Origin: a virus | Taxonomy: Duplodnaviria; Caudoviricetes | Virus record (IMG/VR): IMGVR_UViG_3300034052_000013 | Location: 18,144 to 82,143 of that record | Length of the DNA: 64,000 nucleotides | Direction: 5' to 3' (one strand) | In this document: positions 9,901 to 20,326 of the stretch, piece by piece | How the letters are laid out: the number at the start of each line of letters is the position of its first letter | Numbering within the stretch: position 1 is the first letter of the stretch | The notes under the pieces: generated by a model | The model's input: only the letters and a program-made list of their open reading frames with translations | What the model was told of the DNA's origin: nothing | Databases searched by the model: none | Translations under genes and position numbers: made by a program

Positions 9901-12020
9901 GTACTGCAAAAGGTGGACTTACAGAAAGTGAAGTTCCAACTGCTCCTACAAGAAGTGTTGCTTATGTTTCTCACTCAGGAGATAAAGGTAATAAAACTTT
10001 AAATGAAGATGAGGTTATTGGAGATTGGTTAGAAACTACAAAAGATCTTAATAAAGAAGGTACTGTTTTAGAAATGCAACCTATAACATCTTCAAAACCA
10101 TATCATACTGATGAAGAAGTTGCAGCTATAACTTTATTTAAAAAAGTTTCAAAAAGAAAAGTGAAAAACCCTCTTACAGAAGAAGAGGTAAAAGTTTTGA
10201 GACACTTGCCTATGACATTTGTTTTCAAAAAAGATGGTGAAGTTATTATGCATAATGGTCACCCTGTTGTAGGGAATGTACCAAGAGGTAAGACTCATTC
10301 AGATTTAGTTGAAAGAGGTATGATGGTACAGAAGCATTTAAATGAAGGTGTTTATACAACAACTGTAACTAAGGTTCATCAAGGAATATTTAAAGTTGAA
10401 GAAGACGAAACTTCACAAGCTTTTTCAGGACATATTAAAGATGTTTTTGGAGATGTTACATTAGCTATTTCAGACGGTCAAAATTTATATACAAACTTTT
10501 CAAGCAATGGTCATACAAAAGCTGAGATTAATGCTTCAAAATCTACTCCAGGTTTTACTTATGCTATAGTTCGTACTGCTAATGGTACATTATATCCAAT
10601 GAGATTAAATCTAAGAAAGTTAGATATGATTGAAAGTAAAGCTCTTGCTACAGCTGTGGCTCACATTGCATCAGGTACAGCACCAAATGCAGAGATAAAA
10701 GATGTACCAGGTTTTGCTGGGTTATCTTACTTACAACTTATAAACCTACTAGTTTATGAAGGTTCTAATACAGTAACTTCAAGTTCACATTTTCATATAG
10801 ATTTAGTTAATAAAGTATTAAAGATAAACGACAATGAAATACCTTTTACTGATGTTAAAAAGAACTTAAGTGCTATTGAAGACTATGTTTCTAATATGTA
10901 TCGTACAGTTCGTTCTGACGGATTAAACACAACATTTGAAAAAATGAATTTAGGTATTAGTGACTCTTTTACTTGGAAAGGTAAAGAAGTTAAATATAAT
11001 GCTAACTATAATGAATTCCTATATGGTGATGTTGTTCAAAATGAACATGGTGTTAAGACAGGTGTATTAAGTACGAATGCTATAAAACAACCTAATGGTG
11101 CTGTGTTTATTCAACCTTATGTAGAATATAAATCTCCTGATTTAATCAAACCCCCTAAGAAAGAAGTAGCTACACCTAAGACTGAAGCTGCTCCAGTTAG
11201 AGAAGAATCTTCTGATGTAAACCAAGAGCAAATTATTTCATCTAAGATTAAAGGTTATCAAGACACTGTTACAAACTCTTCAGATCCAATAATTATAGCT
11301 GAAGCTTTACGTGATATGTTAACTTATTTTGAAAGTTTAGACAGTCAAGCCTTGGATACAATAATAGTTGATACCGTATCTTTACCAGATATTGAAATCC
11401 CTACGCTTAAAGATTATATAGAATTCCTTTCGTCAAGAGGGGCTAAGTTAAGTTCTTTAAATGTCACTGCTGAAGAATATAACATCTCAGAAGGGACACC
11501 TCATGAAACTCTTACAGGAATGCAGATTATATCAAGAGGTGTTCATCGAGGTGGAAAATTAATCATTAAAGGTGAAGCAATCAACTATCCAAATGCTGTT
11601 AAAGAAGTTAAATCTGTAGAAGAGATAGTTGAAACCACTAGTCAAGAAACTTCACAAGAATTTGTAGGGCCTTTTACTAACCCTCTAATTAGAGAGTTTG
11701 TTAATGAAACTTTAACTACAGGTTATCCAGGTGCTTTACAATCTAAAGCTTTTGAAAACCTTTCAGAAGAGGATAAAGATATTGTTATGCAAAAACTTTC
11801 AGACCCGTTAGCTGAACCTTTTGAAAACATCACTAAACCTAAAGAAGTTGAAAAAGTTGTTGAAAATACAGTTGAAGAAGAGGTTGAAGAATTTGAAATA
11901 CCAGCTTCTGAAAATAGTGTAGGTTTACCAACTTCTCAGACTGAAGAAGATAACGCTGCGATGTGTGGAAAAGGTGTTACAAAAAAACCTACAGTTAAAA
12001 GGGGTGTTAAGAAGCTGTAA
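6942..12020 (+). CDS. Large virion cargo protein of the vRNAP cluster (phi14:2 gp65-like position)
   Basis: 1692 aa. Hydrophobic Gly/Ala-rich N-terminal helices, long coiled coil, acidic tail. Lies upstream of the virion RNAP. Confidence 0.6.
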   Translation: MLGEDPIIIPKEEGDKIAQQNIDAIRAAQLQQDRGFSFLHAPQNVKGASDTRLENLYEAGINPQLALFDDNYDVNQQLYDRQSWGEALGTAVGGGIVKGALTLGETVGYLGAVWDYDNLVGATSDLDEGVTNALSDTMTEWKKEFDEANPIYSQGTGDAGWWMQGIQSTIDSAVGFGVPGGAIAKGIGLAVKALANPIVRETVKNVGTSLLLNRVESQMMGKELYNNTMQKALAEGLDYSEASRIAQEKQQEFMVRNYSNTLFNAVGLSKALRNSYMLKGGAEKALKYGWVKEQTLNAFSESLEEGASGFLQTESERDADLELGMRKSDGSSMLGRVGDYVSSAQGITEMTFGAMGGPFQHGLTRAIGGMNEAYNKKVGNTSFTEEAPTQSSATVAKPKSTVTNPGDLKEYLQKKHPGLEDAKLEQVISGQLNDEALEKSKAEWEKKNTQWEDHKTKNKDYYEEQEKLAKEKEEYSLWEKRKTDFEKKQRSKEQMDKTGTIAQTTEEISTFLKNDVKLEQEYQQALKEGDDIKAKDIENQRFETMFLRHAQKESVFRDGAKPDGSLQSALEEHIAKGKEANATVEDKAAAVKAQTFLDKLPAYRDMYKKIRKNNPGLEDYAFRLLARKESVDSVIEQLNAEVEKAKVDIAKSVANTMGVTVSPLETKIIELNQELVALKEMKEDALRKGNMEALSLFDKRVEKVEALKKQTEELREQDSNKLSAADIQEVNKRVAEQKDYLDKVKARTDALVAYDAISSAYSRVVDGSLAKTVEKERVEHIKESIEQMSTGSEVLKVQRLLDNLKVNTSSKVKLEKQFKAKKETLTKAKEVAEKAYEQKQQQVEAFKKKKQSLADDKKLRVKRIKTLEKALKNYQDKPGYEEAVSYALMELQELQEQAPDYKAEQLLIEAGILELEAELENLNSKYTFDFKAALEKAAKKEHLSPSEADGVANATGNTAGNTMAAGVRSQTDSQNNQKAERGTVIHGTAKGGLTESEVPTAPTRSVAYVSHSGDKGNKTLNEDEVIGDWLETTKDLNKEGTVLEMQPITSSKPYHTDEEVAAITLFKKVSKRKVKNPLTEEEVKVLRHLPMTFVFKKDGEVIMHNGHPVVGNVPRGKTHSDLVERGMMVQKHLNEGVYTTTVTKVHQGIFKVEEDETSQAFSGHIKDVFGDVTLAISDGQNLYTNFSSNGHTKAEINASKSTPGFTYAIVRTANGTLYPMRLNLRKLDMIESKALATAVAHIASGTAPNAEIKDVPGFAGLSYLQLINLLVYEGSNTVTSSSHFHIDLVNKVLKINDNEIPFTDVKKNLSAIEDYVSNMYRTVRSDGLNTTFEKMNLGISDSFTWKGKEVKYNANYNEFLYGDVVQNEHGVKTGVLSTNAIKQPNGAVFIQPYVEYKSPDLIKPPKKEVATPKTEAAPVREESSDVNQEQIISSKIKGYQDTVTNSSDPIIIAEALRDMLTYFESLDSQALDTIIVDTVSLPDIEIPTLKDYIEFLSSRGAKLSSLNVTAEEYNISEGTPHETLTGMQIISRGVHRGGKLIIKGEAINYPNAVKEVKSVEEIVETTSQETSQEFVGPFTNPLIREFVNETLTTGYPGALQSKAFENLSEEDKDIVMQKLSDPLAEPFENITKPKEVEKVVENTVEEEVEEFEIPASENSVGLPTSQTEEDNAAMCGKGVTKKPTVKRGVKKL

Positions 12021-12060
12021 AAATAACTGTTTTAATTAGTTATTATTAAAATTTATTTCG

Positions 12061-12068
12061 TATATTTG
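12061..12068 (+). promoter_or_regulatory. Bacteroidota-type -7 promoter box upstream of ferritin
   Basis: TATATTTG matches TAnnTTTG, 19 nt before the ATG at 12088. Confidence 0.7.
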
Positions 12069-12087
12069 TTAAATTAAAATAATTATT

Positions 12088-12582
12088 ATGTTTATAAGTA
12101 CCAATATTGAGAAATTGCTTAACTTTCGTATAGAACAAGAAGAAGCTTCAAGTCGTTTATATTTAGCTATCAGTAAAAAATTAGATTATCTAGGTTTTTT
12201 TGGTGCAGGTGAATTGTGGAAAAAATACTCTGATGAAGAGTTAAAACATGCACAATGGGCTTATGAGTTTTTAGAAAATTTAGATATACTTCCTTGTGTA
12301 CCTTCTTTGGAAAAACCTGATATGAAAGATATTACATGTATTATAGATGCAATAGATTTAAGTTTAGCACATGAAGAGTTGATTACAAAACAGTGTAATG
12401 ATTTAGCTAAAGCTGCAAATGATGAAGGTGATTATATGACTTTAGGTTTAGCTTTAAGATTTGTGCAAGAACAAAATGAAGAGCTTGCTAAAATTATGTA
12501 TTGGAAAAACAGATATGACATTGTAGGAGAAAGTTCTGAAGGTGTTTATATGTTAGATAAAGAAATGCAATCTAAAATTTAA
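12088..12582 (+). CDS. ftnA: Non-heme ferritin (FtnA-like)
   Basis: 164 aa with ferroxidase-centre pattern EQE..SS..Y, EELKHA, HEELIT, EQNEE spaced as in bacterial ferritins. Confidence 0.88.
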   Translation: MFISTNIEKLLNFRIEQEEASSRLYLAISKKLDYLGFFGAGELWKKYSDEELKHAQWAYEFLENLDILPCVPSLEKPDMKDITCIIDAIDLSLAHEELITKQCNDLAKAANDEGDYMTLGLALRFVQEQNEELAKIMYWKNRYDIVGESSEGVYMLDKEMQSKI

Positions 12583-12587
12583 TTTTT

Positions 12588-15500
12588 ATGAGTAGACAAT
12601 TTTGCCCTGTTACAAGTTCTCCTGATTGGATTAATCATGAGAGTCTTGTTAAATACCCTTATACATCTTGGATTGCTAATAAAGGTAATCCTATGAACTT
12701 AGCTCCTAATGGGGCTAATAGTGTTTTATTTGAAGATTTAAAAAAAAGTCTGTCAGAGAAAGTTTCTAAAAATGAATTTTTAAAATTTACCGACTTACAC
12801 GACAACCCTTCAATTCAACAAACTATTTTTAATAAACAAGGCAAAGTTAAGAAATATGACTATAATGTAGCTTTAGAAATAATGGTACGTTTAAATAGTG
12901 CATATGAAGAAGAGGGTTTTAAATTTCAAGTTACAAAAGACCTAGTTACCCCTACTCATTTTAATATTATTGTTTCTAAAATAGAAGATGGAGTCACTAC
13001 AGAATTACAAAACAATTCAATAGAAAATACTGCTATAATAGCTAAAGCATCTATATTATCTAACCCTAAGAGTGAAAATTTACCTAAAGATGAAAATGGT
13101 GAAGTTATTCTTAATGAAGAGTCTAAGAAATTAATAGATTTCACACCTAAACAAAATAGTGATGAAATTCTTAAGTTAAACTTATCTGCAGCATTAAGTC
13201 AAAATTTTGACCCAGAAGTTTATTTTGCTAACCTGTATGAAAATAAGGTTGGTGCAACTCTTTCAGCTAATGCTCCTTTAATAACTTTAGGGTTTAAATC
13301 TGGTATGGTTGTAGGTGAACCTGCTTTTGATATGCAAGTTCAAAAACTTTTAACACTTACAGCAGAATTACAAAATGTTACCATAGTTCAAAGTTCTAAT
13401 ACCGGATCTACATTAACTTCTAGATATACAGAAGGTCTTACAAAAAACCCTCTTAATGTTCAAGAAGAGTTGGCAACTTTAAGAAAAATTTTACCTAATG
13501 TTCCTATTACTGTGCGTAATGGTTTACTTCATTTAGGTAATGGTGAAGTTGCTGAAGGTACATTTGCAGATGGTGTAATTACAATCTTTACTGGTGGGAG
13601 TGCTGGTGTAGGTTTACATGAAGCTTTCCATGCAGTTAGTACAGGAATTTTAACTGAGAAACAAAGAAATATTGTTTATAATGAGTTAAGAGCTTTAAAC
13701 CCTAGTTTATCAGACGAACAAATTGAAGAAGAACTTGCTGAGAAATTTAGAGAGTGGTATTTAGGAAAAGGTGATATGAAAGATATGCCAAGTTTAATTA
13801 AATACTTATACAACATTTGGAAAGATTTAGTTATGTACTTTACTAACAGTAGTGAAGTTGATAAACTATTCAATAGAATACGTAATGGAAAATATGCTAG
13901 TAGTAAATTTACAACTAATCAAAAACAATTGTTCTCTAAATTAGGTATATATAATGATATGCAAGTGGAGATTGTAGAAGCATTAACATATTTATTTGTA
14001 GAGAAAGCTGGTTTTCGTTTAACAGAAAAAGATTTAGATTTAGATTCACCTAAAGCTGCTAAGTTTTCAGAACAAGTGTTTGTTGAAGTTCATAATGCTA
14101 TTATAGATATAATTGAACAAGCTGAAGAGAATGGAGAAGATGAAGAGTTAATAGACCGTCTTTACTTTATAGTACAAAAAGGTGAAGATGGTGCAGAGGA
14201 CAATTGGACACCTTTAAAACAAATTGTCAAATATGAGTTAATGAAATACTCAATTGGTTTTGAAGATAAAAAATCTAAAGCTGCAAAAGAATCTGCTGAG
14301 AAAGCTGCTGCAACTGTTGAAGAAGATCAAAAAGTTAAAGGTGGTCTTAATATAGGTAACGCTGTTAATTTTGAAGGTAAGCAAAATGCTACAGGACAAA
14401 CTAAATTGTTAATAGCAATGTTACAAGATTCTAAAGAACCTTCTAAATACTTTGGTGAATACTTACCTAAGTTAGCTAATTATGATAAAACTTATAGAGC
14501 TCTTGAAGATGGTTTAGCTAATGTTACTGGTGGTAAGATTGTTGATGGTAAACCTCAAAGTATTCGTGAAGCTTTGTTTGAAAGACTTAAAGAAATCTCA
14601 CAAGAACACCCACAGTTGCAAGAGTTAGTCCATAATTTTGAAACAAAAAAAGTTTCTGATTTTAAACAGAGACAATTTTTTACAAATTTTCATAAAACAA
14701 AAGTTAATTATAGGAGCTCCTTATATCGTAAAGATAATGAAAGTTCTTACACTGTTAAGAAAGGGGATGCTGACCAAAATAATAAAAGTAGAATTATACG
14801 TGCTGAATGGAGTAATGATTTTATTTTAAAACATGTAAACTCAAAAGGTCAAGTTTTTAATGTAGATATTTTAGAAGCTTCTATTAAAGCTTTTGAAGAT
14901 GCTTATAAATACTATTCTAAAAAAGAAACAACTCTAGAAAATGTAGAGCAAAGTTATAACACTGCTATTGAAAGACTTACAGAATATTTAAACAATTTAG
15001 GTATTGAAGTTTCTGAAGGAGGCCTTGCTAAATTTGTCACACAACAATACGGAGAAGATTTAAAATATCAAATGAGTAGAGCTTTTGAAAAAATTTCTAA
15101 AGCTTTAAGTGGAACTAAAGTTAAAAATACTTTAGTTAATAATATTAAAAATGGTATAGACCCACATAAGAATTTTATAACTGACCAACGTGTGTTTTTA
15201 GAACTAGCAGAAGTTGAAGTTCCTTTTAGAAAACTTCCTACATCTAATGTTATTAAAGGTTCTGACAATAAAGATTACTGGACAAAATCTTTAAATAACA
15301 ATATGACAAAAACATTACAACTTTGGAAAAACAACCCTGAGTTGATAAAACAACTTAATGATAAACAATATCATAAAGGTTCTCATTGGTTACCTATGTT
15401 ATATGAAAACAATCTTTTAAGAGACCAAGTAGAAGTAACTGTTTGGTTATTTAATAAATTAGAACAATCTTCTGACGTAGGTGTAGACTATTCAGATTTA

Positions 15501-18500
15501 ATTGAAAAAGATGAGTTTATAGAAAGACTTAACGACACATTATATGGTCGTGTAGGCAAAGCTTCACACTCAACATTAACTCTTGCAGATAAATCTTTAT
15601 GGTATAATTTTGAGGGTTTCCCTACAGAAGTATTATCTAATTTTCAAAAAGAAGGTTCTAAAGGTATCAGTGAAAAGGGTGTAGATATATTTTATAAATA
15701 TGCTTTAGCTGAAGCTGAAAAAATTTCTTACAATTTAAGAAACAGTAATGATTATACAGAATACAAAGGTACAGAATCTTTTTGGTTTCCTGAATTAAAC
15801 TATGACTCTAAGTTTGCTAAAGATAATGCATTATACAATGCAGATTTTTCAATCAATATTAATGCTGAAGAAGCTATTAAAGAGATGATTGCTGACACTC
15901 TTGTTAAACGTATTGCTGAAGTTAGACAAAAGCTTACAGATAATGGAGTTCTTTTAACTAACACTGAGAAAGGTAAGAAAGTAGAGTACCTTTTAGGTGT
16001 AGATAAATCTATCCAAGCAAAATATTCACTAGGGTCTGCTGCCTCTAAACAAGCAATAGATAATATGATTGGAGATTTTGTTATGAATAATATGATAGCT
16101 AATATTGAAACTACAATGTTATTTACAGGAGACCCTGCTTTTTATAAAGATTTAGCAAAACGTACTCCAGCTATTAGTTCTACTGGTACAGATTATATAC
16201 CTGATGAAACTGCAGGTATTCCTGAAAATTATAATTTAGCAATCTCAACAGAACCAATTTCATCTACAATCTATGAAGATTCTTTAAAGAAAGCTTTTAT
16301 AAAAGATGTTAAAAAACGTAACCCTAAAATATCTAAAGAGGATTTAAATAAAAAGGTAGATAGTTTAATGAAACCTTATTTAAATATGAAAACTTCAGAT
16401 GGTGGGGGTTTAATTACACCTAAACGTTGGAGAGATATTATGAGAGCTGTAGGTGTTTTTAATGATGAGAAACACGGACCTTTATATGATAAGTTAATTG
16501 AAGATTTTAGTGCAGAAGGTTTAACTGATTTAATGAAACAAATGGGTTTTCCTTATGGTAACCCTATTAAAGGTCACCATTTTGAATTAATACAAAAAGA
16601 GGATTCAGAAATTGCTCAACCTTTATTTTTAAAATATTCTCAGTTTGTAGCTTGGGCACCTGTTGTTAAAGGTACAATATTAGAAGATATCGTTAAGAAT
16701 ATGGAAGCTAATAATATTGATGAACTAGTTCCACCTTCAGCTGTTAAAGTTGGTATGGAGTCTTTAGTAGACTTTGATATGTTATCGACTTTAGGTGTTA
16801 AATTAAAACCTATAACTTTATCTAATATGGGTTGGAAACTACAAACAGAAACACCTTCTAAATATGAGAAAAAAGGAGAGTCTTTAGTAGGTTCTCAACC
16901 ACAAAAGAACATCTTAGTAGGTATTTTAGGTAAGAGTTTTGTTATAGATGGTGAAACTGTCTCAGGAGAAGAGATGTTTAAACGTCTACAAGAAATTCAA
17001 ATAAGACTTTCTGACAAAGGTTTAGCTAACACTAGACGGTCATGGGGTATGAAACCTGTTGAGGTTACAATAAAAGGAGAGACAGTCGAGATATATGACG
17101 ATAAGATTCATAGACGTAAACACTTATATGATGAATTAATAGAGGAGTTCAGAACAGAAGGCACTCCTGAAAATATTATAGAAGCTCTTGAAATGGGGGT
17201 GCCATTTGATGCACTTTTCCAAGGGGTTACTAAAATACAAAATAAGTTAAGAGGTAAAGTTAAAAATAATGCAGTTCAAACACAAGCACATGGTGGAGCT
17301 TTTATACAAATACCTAACACAGGTTTTGCTAAAAAACAAGGTTTTACTAACCATGCTGAACTTGTAGTTGCCAGTAGAAATGAACTTATCTACTTAAAAG
17401 ATGTAGACCAGATTCATGGTCCTCATATAGATAAATCAGGTAAAGTTATTCCAGGTGATGTTTTCTTACCTTATAGTGTAATTAAAAAAATACCTAACAT
17501 AGACCAATTGATTAAAGAAGGAAAAGTTACAGGTAAATGGTTACGTGAACAATTGGGAGAAGGTGTATTAGATGTTATTGGATATCGTATACCTAACCAG
17601 GGTTTATCTTCTATTGACACTTTAGAAATTGCAGGTATACTACCACCTTTCATGGGAGATAGTATTGTTACATACACTGAAATTGTTGGTAAGACTGGAT
17701 CTGACTTTGACATTGACAAAATGTATGTGCTTATGCCAAATACTGTATATAATAAAAATACAGGAAAAGTAGAAATAGTTACTCCTAATACAAGTTCTAA
17801 AAAAGGTTTAGAAAATTTACGTATTAAACTTTGGAAAGCTGTATTAGAAAATCCAGAATCTTTTGGTGAAGTTATGACCTCTGTTGATGCAGATTGGTTA
17901 GCTGAAGATGCTTATTATGTAGAAGCTTTATCTATTCTTAAAAGTGACAAATCACTATTAAAAACTTTAGGTTTTGAGACAATTGAACAATTTACTACAG
18001 CTGAGAATAAAAAACAAATAGCTAGAAAAGCTCTTTCTAATAGAAAATATAAAGCTTTAGAATTTGCTTCTCCTTTAGAACAGGTACGTTTAAAGAAAGT
18101 AAACTTAGCTGGTAAAGCTGGTGTTGCTCAAAACGCTAACCATATCGTACATATTCCCCTTGCTCAACAAGCACATTTAGGATTTAATGGTAATATTACA
18201 AATGTTGTAAAAGGTACTAACACTTTAGATTCAATTTTAAATGCTGATAAAGAAGATATTGCACAAGTAACTTCAGCATGGGTAACAGCTTATGTTGACT
18301 GTGCTAAAGACCCTTACATTGCATTATTAAACAATAATACAAAAACAAGTAACACTGTATCTTTAATGGTACGTATGGGGATTTCTCCTGAATACGTTAA
18401 CAGATTTATGACACAACCTATAATTGTAGATTATATAAATGAACTTTACAATCAAGATAGTAGATTTAAAACTTTTGAAAAAGAAAGATTAAACTATTAC

Positions 18501-20324
18501 TCTTTTAAAGTAGATTCTACAGGGTCTTTAGTTAAAACTAAAAAAACAGGTCGTCCTGACATTGTTAACAGAGTGTTGTCAAAATATGAGGATGTGTCTA
18601 AAATTAAAACAATAATTAAAGAAATTACAACTGTTCAAGGTTTAGAAGCAGAACTTTTAAATCCTACTAAAAACCAAGTAGAGATATTTAAACAATTTTT
18701 AATATTTCAAAAATATGGTTCAGATTTAAGTAAAGTTGTAAAAGCAAGTCGTTATGATGTTACTGCAGGTGAAAAAGACTCAGCTTCAGCTTATGCTCAA
18801 CAACAAGTGTTTGCAGAGGCAATGTCTCTTGAGACTATTACTAATGTTGAAAACTTATTTGAGGATACTGCTTTAGGAACTTATAAAAGAAACTCTGCAG
18901 ATTTTCTAAACAGAGTGTTGTCAAGAGAGTTTTTAACAGATAGTAAAGGTGCAATTGTTGCTTTAGAGGAATATAAGAAAGCAAAAGGTATAGAATATCT
19001 TACAAATTATACAGAAATTAATGAGGTTCTTAAAGCTCTTAAAGCTTATTCACATTCTGCATCTTACATGACTCAAAGAAATGGTAGACAAATTCAACAA
19101 ATGTTCTTTGGTGAGAACACTATGGTACACAAACTTACAAAACTTAAAGAGATGTATCCTGAAAGTGTTTTAATTGACTCTTTAGTAAGATACATTGAAA
19201 GAGAAGACCCTAAAGCTCCTATGTTTATATATTTACCTTCATCTAAAATTACAGATGTTAATGACATTAACACTTTATTAGGAGACTTTGAAGAATTGTA
19301 TAGTGAATTTGGAGATAATGTAATTGAAGATGGTTATACTGTAAGAAACTTCTTAGATGATTTAGCAGCTATGTCTTACTACACTTCAGGGTTTAACAGG
19401 TCTTTTAATTCATTTTTTGAAATTTTACCAGCTTCTTACTTAGCAGGTAAATTAGCTGGGCAAAGTCCAAATAAAAGTTTCTATAATAATTATGATATAC
19501 ATAATAGTTCTAATGTCTACAACAGATTACGTTCTTTAGATTCTATGGAGAATTTCTCAGACCAATTTTTTAGACATAATTTTGGTAATGATGGGGTTAT
19601 GCCAGTTATAAACTTATATTCGACATATGATTATAATACTTTTACAACAAGTTTAAATACTGCTAAATTAACTACATATGGTATAAAACCTTATCTAAAT
19701 TTTACAATGGGTTTTACTATTGAAGATGAAAATTTACCTGAACTTTTAATAGCAAATACTTCTCCTGTAGATCCAAGAACAGGTGAAAAAGGGGAAGTTA
19801 AAATTCCTGTTGCATATATGTCTATTGTAAATAACTTTAATGATACTGTGCACGGATATAAATATGCTGGTAAACGTGGTAATACACATTACTTTACAGC
19901 TGTTACTCCATTAGGTTTAAATAATAAAGGTTATAAAATATTAGAGTATCAAGTTGATAAATCTGTAATAAGTGCTGTTAACCCTACTGTTCAAGGTTTA
20001 CCTCTTGAAGTGTTAGCCTCAGTACAAAAAGAAAATAGTTATGGAGACTCTGCTATAAATTTTGGAAAAAGAGTTGATATTGACGAAGAAAGTTTTACCT
20101 TTGACAATATTAAAAATAAAACCTTTAAACTTAAAGAGATTATTAAAGATAATCAAACTTACTATCAAGGTGTAGTAGAGTATGTAAAAGCTGGTCTTAC
20201 TTATACAAGAACTGTAACAGAGCTAATGTACCCAAATAAAGAAGAAGCTTTAACAGCTTTAGAAGAAAAACTGAGAAAACACTCAGTAGATATTGTAGAT
20301 GATGTAATAACTAATATGTGTTAA
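12588..20324 (+). CDS. Virion-packaged single-chain DNA-dependent RNA polymerase (phi14:2 gp66-like) with N-terminal zincin-like domain
   Basis: 2578 aa. GYRIPNQGLSS followed by GKTGSDFDIDKMY, the DFDID catalytic loop typical of crAss-like vRNAPs. HEAFH (HExxH) at 13617-13631. Confidence 0.92.
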   Translation: MSRQFCPVTSSPDWINHESLVKYPYTSWIANKGNPMNLAPNGANSVLFEDLKKSLSEKVSKNEFLKFTDLHDNPSIQQTIFNKQGKVKKYDYNVALEIMVRLNSAYEEEGFKFQVTKDLVTPTHFNIIVSKIEDGVTTELQNNSIENTAIIAKASILSNPKSENLPKDENGEVILNEESKKLIDFTPKQNSDEILKLNLSAALSQNFDPEVYFANLYENKVGATLSANAPLITLGFKSGMVVGEPAFDMQVQKLLTLTAELQNVTIVQSSNTGSTLTSRYTEGLTKNPLNVQEELATLRKILPNVPITVRNGLLHLGNGEVAEGTFADGVITIFTGGSAGVGLHEAFHAVSTGILTEKQRNIVYNELRALNPSLSDEQIEEELAEKFREWYLGKGDMKDMPSLIKYLYNIWKDLVMYFTNSSEVDKLFNRIRNGKYASSKFTTNQKQLFSKLGIYNDMQVEIVEALTYLFVEKAGFRLTEKDLDLDSPKAAKFSEQVFVEVHNAIIDIIEQAEENGEDEELIDRLYFIVQKGEDGAEDNWTPLKQIVKYELMKYSIGFEDKKSKAAKESAEKAAATVEEDQKVKGGLNIGNAVNFEGKQNATGQTKLLIAMLQDSKEPSKYFGEYLPKLANYDKTYRALEDGLANVTGGKIVDGKPQSIREALFERLKEISQEHPQLQELVHNFETKKVSDFKQRQFFTNFHKTKVNYRSSLYRKDNESSYTVKKGDADQNNKSRIIRAEWSNDFILKHVNSKGQVFNVDILEASIKAFEDAYKYYSKKETTLENVEQSYNTAIERLTEYLNNLGIEVSEGGLAKFVTQQYGEDLKYQMSRAFEKISKALSGTKVKNTLVNNIKNGIDPHKNFITDQRVFLELAEVEVPFRKLPTSNVIKGSDNKDYWTKSLNNNMTKTLQLWKNNPELIKQLNDKQYHKGSHWLPMLYENNLLRDQVEVTVWLFNKLEQSSDVGVDYSDLIEKDEFIERLNDTLYGRVGKASHSTLTLADKSLWYNFEGFPTEVLSNFQKEGSKGISEKGVDIFYKYALAEAEKISYNLRNSNDYTEYKGTESFWFPELNYDSKFAKDNALYNADFSININAEEAIKEMIADTLVKRIAEVRQKLTDNGVLLTNTEKGKKVEYLLGVDKSIQAKYSLGSAASKQAIDNMIGDFVMNNMIANIETTMLFTGDPAFYKDLAKRTPAISSTGTDYIPDETAGIPENYNLAISTEPISSTIYEDSLKKAFIKDVKKRNPKISKEDLNKKVDSLMKPYLNMKTSDGGGLITPKRWRDIMRAVGVFNDEKHGPLYDKLIEDFSAEGLTDLMKQMGFPYGNPIKGHHFELIQKEDSEIAQPLFLKYSQFVAWAPVVKGTILEDIVKNMEANNIDELVPPSAVKVGMESLVDFDMLSTLGVKLKPITLSNMGWKLQTETPSKYEKKGESLVGSQPQKNILVGILGKSFVIDGETVSGEEMFKRLQEIQIRLSDKGLANTRRSWGMKPVEVTIKGETVEIYDDKIHRRKHLYDELIEEFRTEGTPENIIEALEMGVPFDALFQGVTKIQNKLRGKVKNNAVQTQAHGGAFIQIPNTGFAKKQGFTNHAELVVASRNELIYLKDVDQIHGPHIDKSGKVIPGDVFLPYSVIKKIPNIDQLIKEGKVTGKWLREQLGEGVLDVIGYRIPNQGLSSIDTLEIAGILPPFMGDSIVTYTEIVGKTGSDFDIDKMYVLMPNTVYNKNTGKVEIVTPNTSSKKGLENLRIKLWKAVLENPESFGEVMTSVDADWLAEDAYYVEALSILKSDKSLLKTLGFETIEQFTTAENKKQIARKALSNRKYKALEFASPLEQVRLKKVNLAGKAGVAQNANHIVHIPLAQQAHLGFNGNITNVVKGTNTLDSILNADKEDIAQVTSAWVTAYVDCAKDPYIALLNNNTKTSNTVSLMVRMGISPEYVNRFMTQPIIVDYINELYNQDSRFKTFEKERLNYYSFKVDSTGSLVKTKKTGRPDIVNRVLSKYEDVSKIKTIIKEITTVQGLEAELLNPTKNQVEIFKQFLIFQKYGSDLSKVVKASRYDVTAGEKDSASAYAQQQVFAEAMSLETITNVENLFEDTALGTYKRNSADFLNRVLSREFLTDSKGAIVALEEYKKAKGIEYLTNYTEINEVLKALKAYSHSASYMTQRNGRQIQQMFFGENTMVHKLTKLKEMYPESVLIDSLVRYIEREDPKAPMFIYLPSSKITDVNDINTLLGDFEELYSEFGDNVIEDGYTVRNFLDDLAAMSYYTSGFNRSFNSFFEILPASYLAGKLAGQSPNKSFYNNYDIHNSSNVYNRLRSLDSMENFSDQFFRHNFGNDGVMPVINLYSTYDYNTFTTSLNTAKLTTYGIKPYLNFTMGFTIEDENLPELLIANTSPVDPRTGEKGEVKIPVAYMSIVNNFNDTVHGYKYAGKRGNTHYFTAVTPLGLNNKGYKILEYQVDKSVISAVNPTVQGLPLEVLASVQKENSYGDSAINFGKRVDIDEESFTFDNIKNKTFKLKEIIKDNQTYYQGVVEYVKAGLTYTRTVTELMYPNKEEALTALEEKLRKHSVDIVDDVITNMC

Positions 20325-20326
20325 TT

